Source: Deltaproteobacteria bacterium (lineage in GTDB: Bacteria > Desulfobacterota > GWC2-55-46). Taken from it: DNA of 64,000 nucleotides. The DNA lies in the NCBI GenBank assembly GCA_016234935.1, contig JACRNL010000001.1:200679-264678 (forward strand). The letters are read 5' to 3'. Positions within the stretch are counted from its first letter, which is position 1. Each line of letters starts with the position of its first letter. Positions 33,377 through 47,403 of the stretch are shown piece by piece. The notes under the pieces were generated by a model that worked only from the letters and a program-made list of their open reading frames with translations, had not been told where the DNA came from and searched no databases. A program made the position numbers and the translations under genes.

Positions 33377-33426
33377 CCTTCGCCATATCACCGGCTTGCA
33401 GGGCGTCACACCCATTCGGAGAGGCC

Positions 33427-33909
33427 ATGGCAGGAAAAGACCCCTTGAAGGGGATCAGCCCCTTTAAAATAAGCTCCGTCATATCAAAATCCTACGCGCA
33501 TCTCGGCATAGAGGCCAAACTGCGCGAACATCACATCAAAAAAACATGGGCCGAAGCCGTTGGAAACCTCATCGCCGCAAAGAGCTCCCCGTCAAGGCTC
33601 ATAGGCACGACCCTCTACTGCGTCGTGTCGTCCGCGCCGTGGATGTCTGAACTGTCCTATCAAAAACCCGTCATCATAGCGCGGTTGAACGAACTGCTCG
33701 GCAAGGGCGTGACACCCTGCGTGGGCGCCGTCACCGAGATAGTCTTCAAGCCCGGCAAGGTCGCCAGCCGCGCCCCAAAGGCCGCGAAGGCAGCTCATCG
33801 AAAACTTACACATGAAGAAAAAGAAGCCATCGAAGAGACCGTAAAGCCCGTAAAAGACGAAACGCTCAAAGCCCTGATAAAACGTGCAATGGAAAAGGCA
33901 AAGGGTTAG
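33427..33909 (+). CDS. DUF721 / DciA-like protein
   Basis: TLYCVVSSAPWMSELSYQKPVIIARLN matches the DUF721 (DciA) signature. Contains an in-frame GVTPC repeat insertion. Start uncertain. Confidence 0.5.
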   Translation: MAGKDPLKGISPFKISSVISKSYAHLGIEAKLREHHIKKTWAEAVGNLIAAKSSPSRLIGTTLYCVVSSAPWMSELSYQKPVIIARLNELLGKGVTPCVGAVTEIVFKPGKVASRAPKAAKAAHRKLTHEEKEAIEETVKPVKDETLKALIKRAMEKAKG

Positions 33910-34631
33910 CAGCCTGCTATTCCAGCCTCTATAAAAAATACCTTCGTCTTTTTTCCATTTGCCATTTCCTCTCGTAAAATCCGCATTGGCTTAATGCCAA
34001 GCGCATCCATCTCTGAAATCATCTCATCCAGTCTTGCCGATGGAAATACAAAAAACATCCTGCCGCCATTGCCTGCAAGGTGACTGGAAACGGCCAGCAT
34101 GTCTTGAAGCCCTCCCATGACCTCGCTCCGGCCAATTCTTCTTGCCGGATCCGGGCTTTGCCTTCCTGCACCGGCCTTTGCGTATGGAGGGTTACTTATG
34201 ACGATATCAAAGGAGCCTTCCGGATAATCAGCGGACTCGCAGGACGTCACGCCCAAATTTCTGTAATCGCCTGCCACTATTTTTATCCTCGACGACAGAC
34301 CGTTCAGCCGCACATTCCTTTCGGCAAGCGCGGCGCAGCCGTCCACCACCTCGACGCCGGTGATTTCCGTCGCCGTTGTTTTAGCCGCGATAAGAATGGG
34401 CATTACCCCCGTGCCGGCGCCGAGGTCAATAATCTTCGAGTCCTTGCCTATACTTTCAAGGACGAAATTTACGAGAAGGATGGAGTCCTGCGTATATCTG
34501 TTGCCGGATCTTTTCTGGATAAAGGAATACGGGCCGATTGGTTCAATCGTCTCGGTCTCCGGGTCGAAAGCGTCATCCGGCTCGCAGGGTGTCACACCCT
34601 TCAATTTGATGCCCGCGGAGTTCTTTTGCAT
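33906..34631 (-). CDS. SAM-dependent N6-adenine methyltransferase (TrmN6/YfiC-like)
   Basis: DLGAGTGV SAM motif I and DIVISNPPY motif IV. Carries KGVTPCE and GVTSCESADY repeat-encoded insertions. Confidence 0.7.
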   Translation of the reverse strand: MQKNSAGIKLKGVTPCEPDDAFDPETETIEPIGPYSFIQKRSGNRYTQDSILLVNFVLESIGKDSKIIDLGAGTGVMPILIAAKTTATEITGVEVVDGCAALAERNVRLNGLSSRIKIVAGDYRNLGVTSCESADYPEGSFDIVISNPPYAKAGAGRQSPDPARRIGRSEVMGGLQDMLAVSSHLAGNGGRMFFVFPSARLDEMISEMDALGIKPMRILREEMANGKKTKVFFIEAGIAGC

Positions 34632-34741
34632 TCAGTTTGCTTTAGAATGGAGTTTTTTTGCCCGCCTTTTTTCTAAAAAAGGGGTTGAACCCCCTGAGGG
34701 GGCTCAGCCCCTTCAAGCGGGCAAGAAATGAGCTGCAACCG

Positions 34742-36163
<1,422 letters not shown>

Positions 36164-36336
36164 AATTTTAAAACCCTCCGGGATATCTGTAAGTTGAAAA
36201 AATACTTTACGGGGCTGAATTTATTAATTTACTACTCGAAAAAACGGTTGTCAATGGAAAAAGGGAGGAGGATGCTTTCAGTAAAACCCGCATGGCAAGG
36301 CTTTTACCGGGCCTCGCCATTTTTCCCCGAAGTTTA

Positions 36337-36873
36337 TCACAGATACTTCTTTACCGCCTCATCCCACCTGCCCTGCGCTTTCAGGATCAGTTCGACGACT
36401 TCCCTTACCGCCCCTTTTCCGCCGGGCTTCATCGTGATGTAATGCACCCTCTGCTTCACCTCGTCAACCGCATCCGGCACGCAGATGGCGAGGCCGGCCC
36501 TTTTTAGCACGGGAATGTCGACGACGTCGTCACCCATGTAGGCGGTCTCTTCCGTTTTAAACCCTTCTTTTTCCAAGAGGTCGTCATAGGCCTTTGCCTT
36601 CTCAATGGCCCCCTGATAAAGCAGTTCTATGCCGAGGTTTTTGGCCCTGTGCTTTACGACGTCCGATTGCCTCGCGGTTATTATCGCCGCCTTTATCCCC
36701 GCCCTCTGGAGCATTTTTATGCCGTGGCCGTCGCGCACGTTGAAAAACTTCGTCTCCTCGCCCCTGTCGTTGTAGATTACCGAGCCGTCCGTCATCACGC
36801 CGTCAACGTCCATGATGAGAAGTTTTATCGGTTTTATCCGTTTAATCAAATCGCCGCCAAGTTCGATAGCCAC
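36337..36873 (-). CDS. kdsC: 3-deoxy-D-manno-octulosonate 8-phosphate phosphatase (HAD family)
   Basis: LLIMDVDGVMTDG HAD motif I and GDDVVD motif. About 178 aa. Confidence 0.8.
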   Translation of the reverse strand: MAIELGGDLIKRIKPIKLLIMDVDGVMTDGSVIYNDRGEETKFFNVRDGHGIKMLQRAGIKAAIITARQSDVVKHRAKNLGIELLYQGAIEKAKAYDDLLEKEGFKTEETAYMGDDVVDIPVLKRAGLAICVPDAVDEVKQRVHYITMKPGGKGAVREVVELILKAQGRWDEAVKKYL

Positions 36874-36890
36874 GCCTGCCTCCGGTGAAA

Positions 36891-39041
36891 TTATATTGCC
36901 TCAACCCTTACGCTGAAAGAAAACCCGGTGCTGGCAGGCGCGTCCAGATTCACGGGCATGAGAAAGACGAGGCACGCGCCCTGGAATATCTTTTCAAAAC
37001 CGGCCTCTGAAAGAGAGACCGAATAAATAGGGAACCTCCAGAGCCTGACCGGCGTCGAGACTTCTATGGTCACGCAGACGCCTGTGAATTTGTCAATCAG
37101 GCTGACGCCCTCCACGCCGGAAAGCTCTCCGGCGCTCCCAAGGCCGATGCCGGTTCCATCAATGCGCGCCCCCTCGCAGGGTGTCACACCCTTGAAATTA
37201 TAAAGGCACGCCGGACCGTCGCAGCACGGCAGAAGAAGATTTAATTCCACCGCCAGCAGAACCTCTCCGGGCGTATCGTCGCGCGCGTCTACGATGTCGT
37301 TGTCGACGCGGTAGCTCACGGTGAAGCCGTCCGCGCCGAGCGGCCTTATCTCCTTGGCGACAAAGACGCTTACGCCTTTCACGTCCGACCACTTTGAGAG
37401 GGAGAAGCCCTTGCCGTCATCGTCCACAAGGCATTCAAAGCGGCCATACGGGAAGTCCGCAAGCTCCGCATGGGTGTTCGCGCTGAACTCGGCAAACGTC
37501 GTCTCCCTGCCGATTACGTGCTCAACGAACGATCCTCTCCTGCGCGTGTCGAGCGTAAGGAGCTTATCAAGCCCCTTTTCCTTTACCAGCAGAAGGTCAT
37601 GTATGCTTTTAGCCGCCTCGAAGGCGCCGCCTGTCGCTATCTTTTCGAGCTTATGGTGGTAGCCCTCGGGCCATCGCGTGAGGACGTTCGAAAGGTTCAG
37701 CGCCTTTTTCATGTAATCAAACTCATAAAGGCCGCCGCCAATTCCGGGCGAAAAAAATAGGTTAAGTCCCGCTGTCTTTAAAATCACCTCGTCGTTGCCG
37801 TCGGCGTCCATGTCGGTCTTTTCTATGGAATTTCCCCCGCCGCCGCGCGCCTCCGCGACAAGCCGCTCAGCGGTCAAGAGGTTCTCATACACGGCAGTTC
37901 GCAGATGCGGCAGGTAAAGCCCGCCGAACACGCCGTGCCAGTACGCGTCGTTGCACTGTGCCTTATACAGCGCGCGCGTCGCCTCGCCCAGCGTCTTGTC
38001 TCCCGGCTTTAAGGCGCGCGCCTCCCCAAGCTCCATGCTGACCATGAGCATCCTCTTGTGCATCCAGTTGGCCTCAGGGTATTTAGCCATAAAATTCCTC
38101 CAGATGCCGCCCTGAACGAACTGCTTTATGCGCGACCCGTTGTCCCATTGCGCCGCGTCGTCCATAAGCGCGCCGTATGCCCTTGACGACGGCGCAGGCA
38201 GGGCCCACTCACCCATCTCCATGTATGACGTCGTCGGCAGATAGACCCTGCCAAGCGGATCCTCGGCGTCTATCAACCCCGCGAGAGTCACCGGGCGGAG
38301 CCAATCCGCGGACTCTTCTATCTTTTTAAAAAAAGCCTTAAGCCATCCTTCGTCGTAGACCGATTTATGCGTGCCCGGCCACACGCCGAACTTCTCGCCG
38401 TCGTCGCCGTAAATGGCGGCTTTGCCGCGGGTGAGCGTCGTCTTCAAAGACCTTAAATATCCTTCGAGACTGTCAACCGGCTGAAACGGTATCATGTAGC
38501 GCATGGTCTCGCTGCCAGGGAATATCTTGACCGTATTGCCCATATCCTCGGTGATGTAGTAGCCGCCGAGTTCCTCTTTAGGGATGCCGGACCTCACAAA
38601 ATGGTAATCATCAACGAGCAGATACTCGACACCCGCGTTTTTAAGCGTCGTGGGGAGCGTAGGCTCCCAGACCCTCTCGGCAAGCCAGATGCCGCGCGGA
38701 CGCGCGCCGAAAAGCTCCTCTATCCTGTCTGCCATCATCTTTATCTGCCCGATTCTGTCGCATTCAGGGATTACCGAAAGCACCGGCTCGTAGTGCGCGC
38801 CGCCCATTATCTCGACCTGGCGGGCAGATACCATTTCCTTAAGGAGCCCGATGTATTCGGGATGGCTCCGGGCTATCCAGTCAAGGAGAAAACCTGACGT
38901 ATGCAGCGTCAATTTTACCGATGGATATTTTGAAAGCAACTTCAGGAAGGGCCAATAAGCATTCTCATACGCATCTTCAAGGACATGGGGGAAGTTGCCG
39001 ACAGGCTGATGGTTGTGTATGCAGAAAGCGAAATATGTCAT
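36891..39041 (-). CDS. Glycoside hydrolase family 57 protein (alpha-glucan acting)
   Basis: CIHNHQPVGNF GH57 signature at the N-terminus. Large C-terminal extension. One in-frame GVTPCEG insertion. Confidence 0.75.
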   Translation of the reverse strand: MTYFAFCIHNHQPVGNFPHVLEDAYENAYWPFLKLLSKYPSVKLTLHTSGFLLDWIARSHPEYIGLLKEMVSARQVEIMGGAHYEPVLSVIPECDRIGQIKMMADRIEELFGARPRGIWLAERVWEPTLPTTLKNAGVEYLLVDDYHFVRSGIPKEELGGYYITEDMGNTVKIFPGSETMRYMIPFQPVDSLEGYLRSLKTTLTRGKAAIYGDDGEKFGVWPGTHKSVYDEGWLKAFFKKIEESADWLRPVTLAGLIDAEDPLGRVYLPTTSYMEMGEWALPAPSSRAYGALMDDAAQWDNGSRIKQFVQGGIWRNFMAKYPEANWMHKRMLMVSMELGEARALKPGDKTLGEATRALYKAQCNDAYWHGVFGGLYLPHLRTAVYENLLTAERLVAEARGGGGNSIEKTDMDADGNDEVILKTAGLNLFFSPGIGGGLYEFDYMKKALNLSNVLTRWPEGYHHKLEKIATGGAFEAAKSIHDLLLVKEKGLDKLLTLDTRRRGSFVEHVIGRETTFAEFSANTHAELADFPYGRFECLVDDDGKGFSLSKWSDVKGVSVFVAKEIRPLGADGFTVSYRVDNDIVDARDDTPGEVLLAVELNLLLPCCDGPACLYNFKGVTPCEGARIDGTGIGLGSAGELSGVEGVSLIDKFTGVCVTIEVSTPVRLWRFPIYSVSLSEAGFEKIFQGACLVFLMPVNLDAPASTGFSFSVRVEAI

Positions 39042-39069
39042 CCAGGGCTTCGTTCCTTTGCGCCTTTAG

Positions 39070-39137
39070 TTGTCATCCCCGAACGTCTCTATCGGGGATC
39101 TGCTTTTAGATTCCCGATTAAAACCTCGGGAATGACA
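39070..39137. repeat. MITE-like hairpin element, family F (TTGTCATCCCCG ... CGGGAATGACAA)
   Basis: 12-bp terminal inverted repeats enclosing two small hairpins. A minimal 35-bp version lies at 4210-4244. Confidence 0.55.
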
Positions 39138-39239
39138 AATGAGAATGAAGACGAAATGTCTCTATCGTAGATTTATCTTGCCCTTGCATGCCTGCCCTCG
39201 CGTGTCTGAAGCGGGGGTTTTTAAGCGGGGGACGGCGCG

Positions 39240-40535
39240 CTACAGCAGCTCTACCACGTGCTTTACCTCCGCGTCGACGCCGTATCTGTGAAGCCCGTCC
39301 CTTATCTGCACGATGCAGCCGGGGCAAGCCGTGGCCACGACCTCGGCCCCGCTGTCCCTGACGCTCTCGGCCTTTCTTTTGGTTATCTCGATGGAAAGTT
39401 CATAGTTCGTAAGGCTCACCCCGCCGCCAAGCCCGCAGCAGGAGCACGGGAAGCGCATCTGCTTGAATACCAGCGAGCTGTTGCCCTTGAGGAGTTCCCT
39501 CGGCTCGTCGCGCACGCCGAGGTTCCTGTTCAAATGGCATGGGTCATGGTATGTGACTATCCTTTTCGCGTCCTTATTCCCGCCCTCTGACCTGTACTTT
39601 AAAACATCCGCGAGAAGAACGGTTATGTCCATGACCTTCGAACAAAACGCGTTGACCCTCGCTGTCATTTCTCTTGACCGGATAGACTCTCCGGAAAGCA
39701 GCTCTTTAAAGACCGATTTAAGCCCATAGGTGCAGGTCGCGCACGCGGTGACGATGTAGTCGCAATCATACCCCTCGAAGGCCTCTATGTTTTTCAGGGC
39801 GAGATTCCTTGCCGTCTCGACGTCGCCCATGTAATACGCGGGCATGCCGCAGCAGACTTGAGAGTCCGGCACCACGACGTCGCCGCCGGCCTTCCTTACA
39901 GCTTCAATAGACTTCACGCCGACGTTCGGCATCAGGTAGTTAACGCCGCACCCGGCGTAGAAGGCCGCCTTCAGGGGCCTTGCGGCCCTGTTCTTCTCCG
40001 TTCTCGCGGTATCGGAGGCTAATGCCTTTACCTCAGGCATGTCTAAAAAAAATGTCTCGGCAAGGGGCGGTATCAACCTGCCTTGGCCGACAAGAGGCAG
40101 GGAAAAACGCGAAAGCAGGCCGTTATCAACGCCTGAGTCCTTGAAAAAAACCCCCTGAAACCTGGCGGCGCATTTAAGCGCAAACGGCATGAGCTTTGAT
40201 GAATCGAGAATGTTCTTGAGGAACAGATTGGCCGCAAGCGGCAGGCCCTGCTCCTTAACGGCCTGAGCCCTTGCGGCATTTATGATACCGATAGTGTCAA
40301 CGCCGTTAGGACACGTGTCCCTGCACGCGCCGCACATGGTGCATTCCTTTATATGTTTGAGGTACGCGTCAGTGATGTCCAGCTCGCTGTTAAAGCGCGC
40401 GCCAATGAGCGTTATCTTGCCCCTTGCAGAGGCGCTCTCCCTGCCTATCACCCTGAAGGTCGGACAGATAGACCTGCACGTGCCGCATTTGACGCATTTG
40501 TTTATTTCATCCTTTAAATGTTTAAGCTCTTCCAT
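39240..40535 (-). CDS. Fe-S oxidoreductase, GlcF/LutA-like (two 4Fe-4S motifs plus CCG domains)
   Basis: CVKCGTCRSICP and CTMCGACRDTCP ferredoxin motifs. Cys-rich CCG repeats. Adjacent to an FAD oxidase. Confidence 0.75.
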   Translation of the reverse strand: MEELKHLKDEINKCVKCGTCRSICPTFRVIGRESASARGKITLIGARFNSELDITDAYLKHIKECTMCGACRDTCPNGVDTIGIINAARAQAVKEQGLPLAANLFLKNILDSSKLMPFALKCAARFQGVFFKDSGVDNGLLSRFSLPLVGQGRLIPPLAETFFLDMPEVKALASDTARTEKNRAARPLKAAFYAGCGVNYLMPNVGVKSIEAVRKAGGDVVVPDSQVCCGMPAYYMGDVETARNLALKNIEAFEGYDCDYIVTACATCTYGLKSVFKELLSGESIRSREMTARVNAFCSKVMDITVLLADVLKYRSEGGNKDAKRIVTYHDPCHLNRNLGVRDEPRELLKGNSSLVFKQMRFPCSCCGLGGGVSLTNYELSIEITKRKAESVRDSGAEVVATACPGCIVQIRDGLHRYGVDAEVKHVVELL

Positions 40536-40545
40536 AATGTCCTGC

Positions 40546-41982
40546 CTAATGGCGCACAGGCGCGCCCTGCGCGGGCCTTGCGCCTGATGCCGGGCTCATG
40601 TCAGCCTGCAAAAAAATCTTTCCCGGGTTTAATACACCCCTTGGGTCAAATACGTTCTTAATGCGCATCATTAAATCAATGGCCGCCGGGCCGAGCTCCA
40701 TGCCGAGATACTTCGCCTTTGCCGTGCCTATGCCGTGCTCGCCGGAGATTGTCCCCTTCAGGCCGAGCGCCAGCCTGAATACATCCTCAACCGCCTCCGG
40801 CGCGGCCTTGGCCTCCCGCGGGTCGCTCCTGTCGTACATCACATTCACGTGTATATTGCCGTCGCCGGCGTGTCCGAAACAGGCTATCAAAAGGTTTTTC
40901 CTTTCCGCTATCTCCTCGACGCCGGCTATAAGCTCTACTACGGCGCTCCTTGGCACCACGACGTCTTCGTTTATCTTGTGCGGCCTTGCCCTGAAGAGCG
41001 CGGCTGACGCAGACCTTCTCGCCTTCCAGAGGTTTTTGACCTCGTTTTTTTCAGAGGCCGCCTGAACGCTGATGGCGCGGCTGTCTTTGCAGATACCTTC
41101 GATTATCACAGCCTCTTTTTCCGTAGTTTCAACGGCCCCGTCAACCTCTATCAAAAGCAGCCCGCCGGCGTCCGCAGGCAGGCCGGCCTTTGCAAACTCC
41201 TCAACGCATTTTATGGACACGCCGTCCATAAGCTCAAGGGTCGATGGGATTATCCTTGCCTTTATGATCTCGGACACGGCCCTTGCCGCGTCCTTCACGT
41301 CAGGAAAAACCGCAAGCATGGTCTTGGTCGTCTCAGGCAACGGAAGCAACTTCAGCGTCGCCTTCGTGACGATGCCGAGCGTCCCCTCGGATCCGACAAT
41401 TAGCCTCGTAAGGTCATAGCCCACCACGCCCTTGACCGTTCTTACGCCCGTGTTTATTATCTCGCCCGTCGGGAGGACGACCTCAAGCCCCATGACGTAG
41501 TCTCGCGTGACGCCGTACTTAACGGCCCTCGGCCCGCCGGCGCACTCTGCTATGTTTCCGCCTATGGTTGAAAATTTAAGGCTCGTCGGATCTGGCGGAT
41601 AGAAAAGCCCCCTTGCCTCCACCTCCTGCTGGAACTCCCAGGTCACAACGCCCGGCTCAACTACGGCCAGGAGATTCTCCGCGTCGATTTCTATGATTTT
41701 TTTCATGCGCTCAAGGGAGAGCACAAGTCCGCCCTCGACAGGGACGCTCCCGCCGGAGGCCCCCGTGCCGGCGCCGCGCGGTATGACGCCGAACCCGGCG
41801 GCATTGGCCGTCTTCATGATGCCGGAGATTTCCTCCGGAGTCGACGCGAACACCACCCCGTCAGGCATGGAAACCTTATTCGTCGCGTCGTAGGAATAAC
41901 AGAGGAGGTCTTCCTTTGAAAACGAGGCGTTCGCCTCGCCGACTATCCTTCTTAATTCGTTTTTTATGGATTCAGTAAACAT
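40546..41982 (-). CDS. FAD-linked oxidase (GlcD / D-lactate dehydrogenase family)
   Basis: FAD-binding PCMH domain (IPRGAGTGASGGSVP) and a C-terminal FAD-oxidase domain. Confidence 0.8.
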   Translation of the reverse strand: MFTESIKNELRRIVGEANASFSKEDLLCYSYDATNKVSMPDGVVFASTPEEISGIMKTANAAGFGVIPRGAGTGASGGSVPVEGGLVLSLERMKKIIEIDAENLLAVVEPGVVTWEFQQEVEARGLFYPPDPTSLKFSTIGGNIAECAGGPRAVKYGVTRDYVMGLEVVLPTGEIINTGVRTVKGVVGYDLTRLIVGSEGTLGIVTKATLKLLPLPETTKTMLAVFPDVKDAARAVSEIIKARIIPSTLELMDGVSIKCVEEFAKAGLPADAGGLLLIEVDGAVETTEKEAVIIEGICKDSRAISVQAASEKNEVKNLWKARRSASAALFRARPHKINEDVVVPRSAVVELIAGVEEIAERKNLLIACFGHAGDGNIHVNVMYDRSDPREAKAAPEAVEDVFRLALGLKGTISGEHGIGTAKAKYLGMELGPAAIDLMMRIKNVFDPRGVLNPGKIFLQADMSPASGARPAQGAPVRH

Positions 41983-42069
41983 ATGTTTTATGGTTAAAAA
42001 ATTGATTCACAAAAACCTGCATCGACATTTACAGTTTATCAAAGATAACGGAAAAAGTCCATTTGGCAA

Positions 42070-42101
42070 GCGCATACCTTTCTTGAAAGAAAGGTATGCG
42101 C
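42070..42101. promoter_or_regulatory. Perfect 15-bp inverted repeat (GCGCATACCTTTCTT-ga-AAGAAAGGTATGCGC), candidate operator upstream of glcD-like gene
   Basis: 32-bp palindrome 90-120 bp upstream of the glcD-like start codon. Confidence 0.4.
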
Positions 42102-42179
42102 ACGGCTAAAGCCTCAATGCAACCTTTTAGCTTTGCCCGCCGCAGGCGGCAAAGAACTTTAATTTCTAAAACCCCGGCA

Positions 42180-42213
42180 TAAAAAAACCGGTTCATGTCA
42201 TGACATGAACCGG
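42180..42213 (-). terminator. Rho-independent terminator downstream of the response-regulator gene
   Basis: Perfect 26-bp palindrome ccggttcatgtcatgacatgaaccgg, followed on the minus strand by a T7 run. Confidence 0.6.
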
Positions 42214-42276
42214 CAAAATGTTAATCCGCGCGCTTGCCGGGCGTCACGCGCCCGGCAAAATCCAAATAAAGCGGCC

Positions 42277-42945
42277 CTACTCCACCTTGAGCACATAGCC
42301 GACCCCTCTGACCGTGTGGATGAGTCTTTTTTCGGGGTCGTTGTCAACCTTTCCGCGCAGGTGGTTTATGTAAACGTCAACGACGTTAGTCTCGTTGTCA
42401 AAGGACTGGTCCCAGACATGCTCGGCGATGAGCGTCCTTGTGAGGACACGATTGGGGTTTCTCAGAAGATACTCGAGAAGGGCGTATTCCTTCACGGTAA
42501 GCTCGACCTCGGTCGTGCCCCTTTTGGCCTTTCGCGTTGACTGGTCAAGGCTCAAATCCTCAAACCTCAGAACCGGAGACGCCGCTGTCCCGCGCCTCAT
42601 AAGCGCCCTTACCCGCGCCAGAAGCTCCTCGAAGGCAAAGGGCTTGGTGAGGTAGTCGTCCGCGCCGAGGTTAAGGCCTTTCACCCTGTCCTCTACCGTG
42701 TCACGCGCGGTAAGGAGCAGAACCGGCGCCTTTATCCCTCTGGCCTTAATATCTTTTAAAACATCGAGACCGCTCTTTTTAGGGAGCATTATGTCGAGGA
42801 TTATGGCGTCGTATTCGTTTATCTCGGCGTAATGCTGGCCCTCTTCGCCGTCGTTTACGATGTCAACGGCGTAGCTCTCCTGCTCAAGGCCTCTTTTTAT
42901 GAAAGAGGCGACCTTTTTTTCGTCTTCGATTACAAGTATTCTCAT
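42277..42945 (-). CDS. OmpR-family response regulator (receiver plus winged helix)
   Basis: MRILVIEDE receiver and C-terminal trans_reg_C domain (LTVKEYALLEYLL). No cognate kinase adjacent. Confidence 0.85.
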   Translation of the reverse strand: MRILVIEDEKKVASFIKRGLEQESYAVDIVNDGEEGQHYAEINEYDAIILDIMLPKKSGLDVLKDIKARGIKAPVLLLTARDTVEDRVKGLNLGADDYLTKPFAFEELLARVRALMRRGTAASPVLRFEDLSLDQSTRKAKRGTTEVELTVKEYALLEYLLRNPNRVLTRTLIAEHVWDQSFDNETNVVDVYINHLRGKVDNDPEKRLIHTVRGVGYVLKVE

Positions 42946-42958
42946 ATATGCACCCCTG

Positions 42959-44233
42959 TCAGCCCCTTAGACCCTTGGGCAGGGCATTTGATCTCACGTC
43001 TCCCATTGCCACGAGCGTGACGTTACGCGGGTCGAACAAGGCTCCGGCCAGCGGCGTGATATCCCTTATGGTAACACGGTCTATGCCGGCAGTTATCTCT
43101 TTAATCGGCACGACATGGCCGAAGTATATCTCATCCCTTGCGAGCTTTGTCATTCTGTTGTCGCTCGCCTCAAGGCCGAGGAGCATCGAACCCTTAAGCT
43201 GGCTCTTGGCGTTTTTAAGCTCATCGGATGTGACGCCCTTGCGGAGTTTTGCGAACTCCTTCATCACGAGCCTTACGGTTGCGGCAAAGCTCTCCTTTGA
43301 CGTCCCGGCATAGACCGTCAGCGCACCGGTGTCCTTGCACAGGTTCAGATAAGAATAGACCGAATACGCAAGCCCCCTTTTCTCCCGTATCTCCTGAAAC
43401 AGGCGCGAGCTCATGCCGCCGCCGAGGATGGTGTTAAGAAGGTATATCTTATAGCGGTCTTTATGCGCCTGCGCCGGCACGGGCACGCCCATGCAGAGGT
43501 GGGCCTGCTCAAGCTCTTTTCTGACGATGGTTGAGCCTGGAAAGGCAACGGGTCTTTCAAGGGGTTGAACCCCCTCAGGGGGCGCGCCGTCAACCGATAC
43601 CTTCAGCTTCCCGAACGCGCCATTTAGAAGTCTCGCCGCGCGACCATGCGCTATGCCTCCGGCGACGGTTATGAATACGGGGCCTGAGCGGTAATGCCTT
43701 TGATAATAATCAAGGATACCGGCCCTATCAAAGGATTTAACAGTCGCGGCCGTGCCTAAAACCGACCCGCCGAGTGGATTGCCCTGCCAGAACCTTTCGG
43801 CGAAGAGGTCGTGGATAAGGTCGTCCGGCGTGTCCTCCACGAGTTTTATCTCCTGCAGGACGACCATCTTTTCCTTATTAATCTCAACCGCGTCGAACAT
43901 GGAGTTTATGAATATGTCGGACAGGAGGGCTGTTGCCGCGCCCATGTCCCTGTTGAGCACCTTCACATAGAAGCAGGTATACTCCCTGCTCGTAAAGGCG
44001 TTGAGGATGCCGCCTACGGACTCTATCTCCTTGGAGATGTCAAGGGCGCTCCTTGTTTTGGTGCCCTTAAAAAGCATATGCTCGATAAAATGGGAGATGC
44101 CTCCCTGCTTGCGCGTCTCGTTGCGCGAGCCTGAGTTTACCCATATGCCGATAGACGACGACTCGGAGCCCGGCATCTCCTCGGTCAGGAGTTTAATGCC
44201 GTTTTTGAATACTGTTTTTTTGATAAGGGACAT
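42959..44233 (-). CDS. M16 family zinc peptidase (insulinase-like)
   Basis: HFIEHMLFKGT inverted zincin motif. Canonical position downstream of pnp. Contains a repeat-derived GVQPLERP insertion. Confidence 0.8.
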   Translation of the reverse strand: MSLIKKTVFKNGIKLLTEEMPGSESSSIGIWVNSGSRNETRKQGGISHFIEHMLFKGTKTRSALDISKEIESVGGILNAFTSREYTCFYVKVLNRDMGAATALLSDIFINSMFDAVEINKEKMVVLQEIKLVEDTPDDLIHDLFAERFWQGNPLGGSVLGTAATVKSFDRAGILDYYQRHYRSGPVFITVAGGIAHGRAARLLNGAFGKLKVSVDGAPPEGVQPLERPVAFPGSTIVRKELEQAHLCMGVPVPAQAHKDRYKIYLLNTILGGGMSSRLFQEIREKRGLAYSVYSYLNLCKDTGALTVYAGTSKESFAATVRLVMKEFAKLRKGVTSDELKNAKSQLKGSMLLGLEASDNRMTKLARDEIYFGHVVPIKEITAGIDRVTIRDITPLAGALFDPRNVTLVAMGDVRSNALPKGLRG

Positions 44234-44406
44234 GAATCTCTTGGAAAATACTTGAAATGGAGCTAAAAGTAAAAAGCCGTGATGCCTTCGCATCACGGCC
44301 TGCTAACCGCACCTGCGGTGAGCAAAGATAAAAATGGCCGCAGGCATCACAGGCAAGCCTTGAAGCGATATCGCCGCACTCTTCCCTTTGCCGCGCGCAG
44401 CGTCTT

Positions 44407-46503
<2,097 letters not shown>

Positions 46504-46848
46504 TACCGTTAACGTCTCCTGTTTTTTATGAAAATTATCGTGATTTGCAAGCGCATTCAAAATGGCTCGGCAAAGGTATCCATGAAAAGCAACGCTTCCA
46601 GGAAAACCCTGTGGCTTCTTTTAATGCCTTAATACGTAACCCCCTGCGAACCTTCAAATATTCTTCGAAAACTCACCAGGACATACTGCGCATAAAACAA
46701 GAACCGCCGCCAAACGACATCCGTCAAAGACGGCTTGAAAGCAACCTTGCTGTTTGTTTCGCAACCGGACAACCTTACAAGTCAATCTTGCGCCGTCCGA
46801 TATCGCACGGCCGGCAGAAACCGTCCTTTTCGAAAAACAGGACGGCTC

Positions 46849-47115
46849 CTACCTTCTGAGGCCGAGTCTTTCGAGGATGCTCTTGTAGCGATCCATGTCC
46901 TTACCCTTGACATAGTCAAGCAGCCTTCTCCTCTGACCGACCATCTTCAGCAGCCCTCTTCTTGAATGGTGGTCAGACTTGTTGGTCTTGAAGTGCACGC
47001 TGAGGCTGTTGATCCTCTCGGTAAGAAGAGCAATCTGCACATCCGGCGAGCCTGTGTCGCCATCATGCCTCTTGTACCCCTGGATTATTTCCTTTTTCTT
47101 CTCTGTTGCCAGCAT
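46849..47115 (-). CDS. rpsO: 30S ribosomal protein S15
   Basis: 88 aa. [20 protein letters not shown]...LLDYV signature. A hairpin immediately downstream forms the usual rpsO terminator / pnp leader. Confidence 0.95.
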   Translation of the reverse strand: MLATEKKKEIIQGYKRHDGDTGSPDVQIALLTERINSLSVHFKTNKSDHHSRRGLLKMVGQRRRLLDYVKGKDMDRYKSILERLGLRR

Positions 47116-47403
47116 TTCCCTTTTCACCTCCCTGTTGACGCCTTCTTTGTGAAAGACGCCTCGTAACGCATCAGTTCCGTATACTTTTCCATTTCAAAAT
47201 CAACAAGCAGCAAACGCCCTGACAATTTGAAGGGGTTCAACCCCTTGAAGGGGCTCAGCCCCCAAACGGCATAAATCATACCATCTCTTAATGCGCAAGC
47301 AAAGAAAAAAACAGTTGCCTTTCTTGAAAGGCCGGATACCCGGCGGCTCACGCCGCAGGCATGACAAACCGGACTATGCAAATGATATCTTCCTTGCCCG
47401 CGC

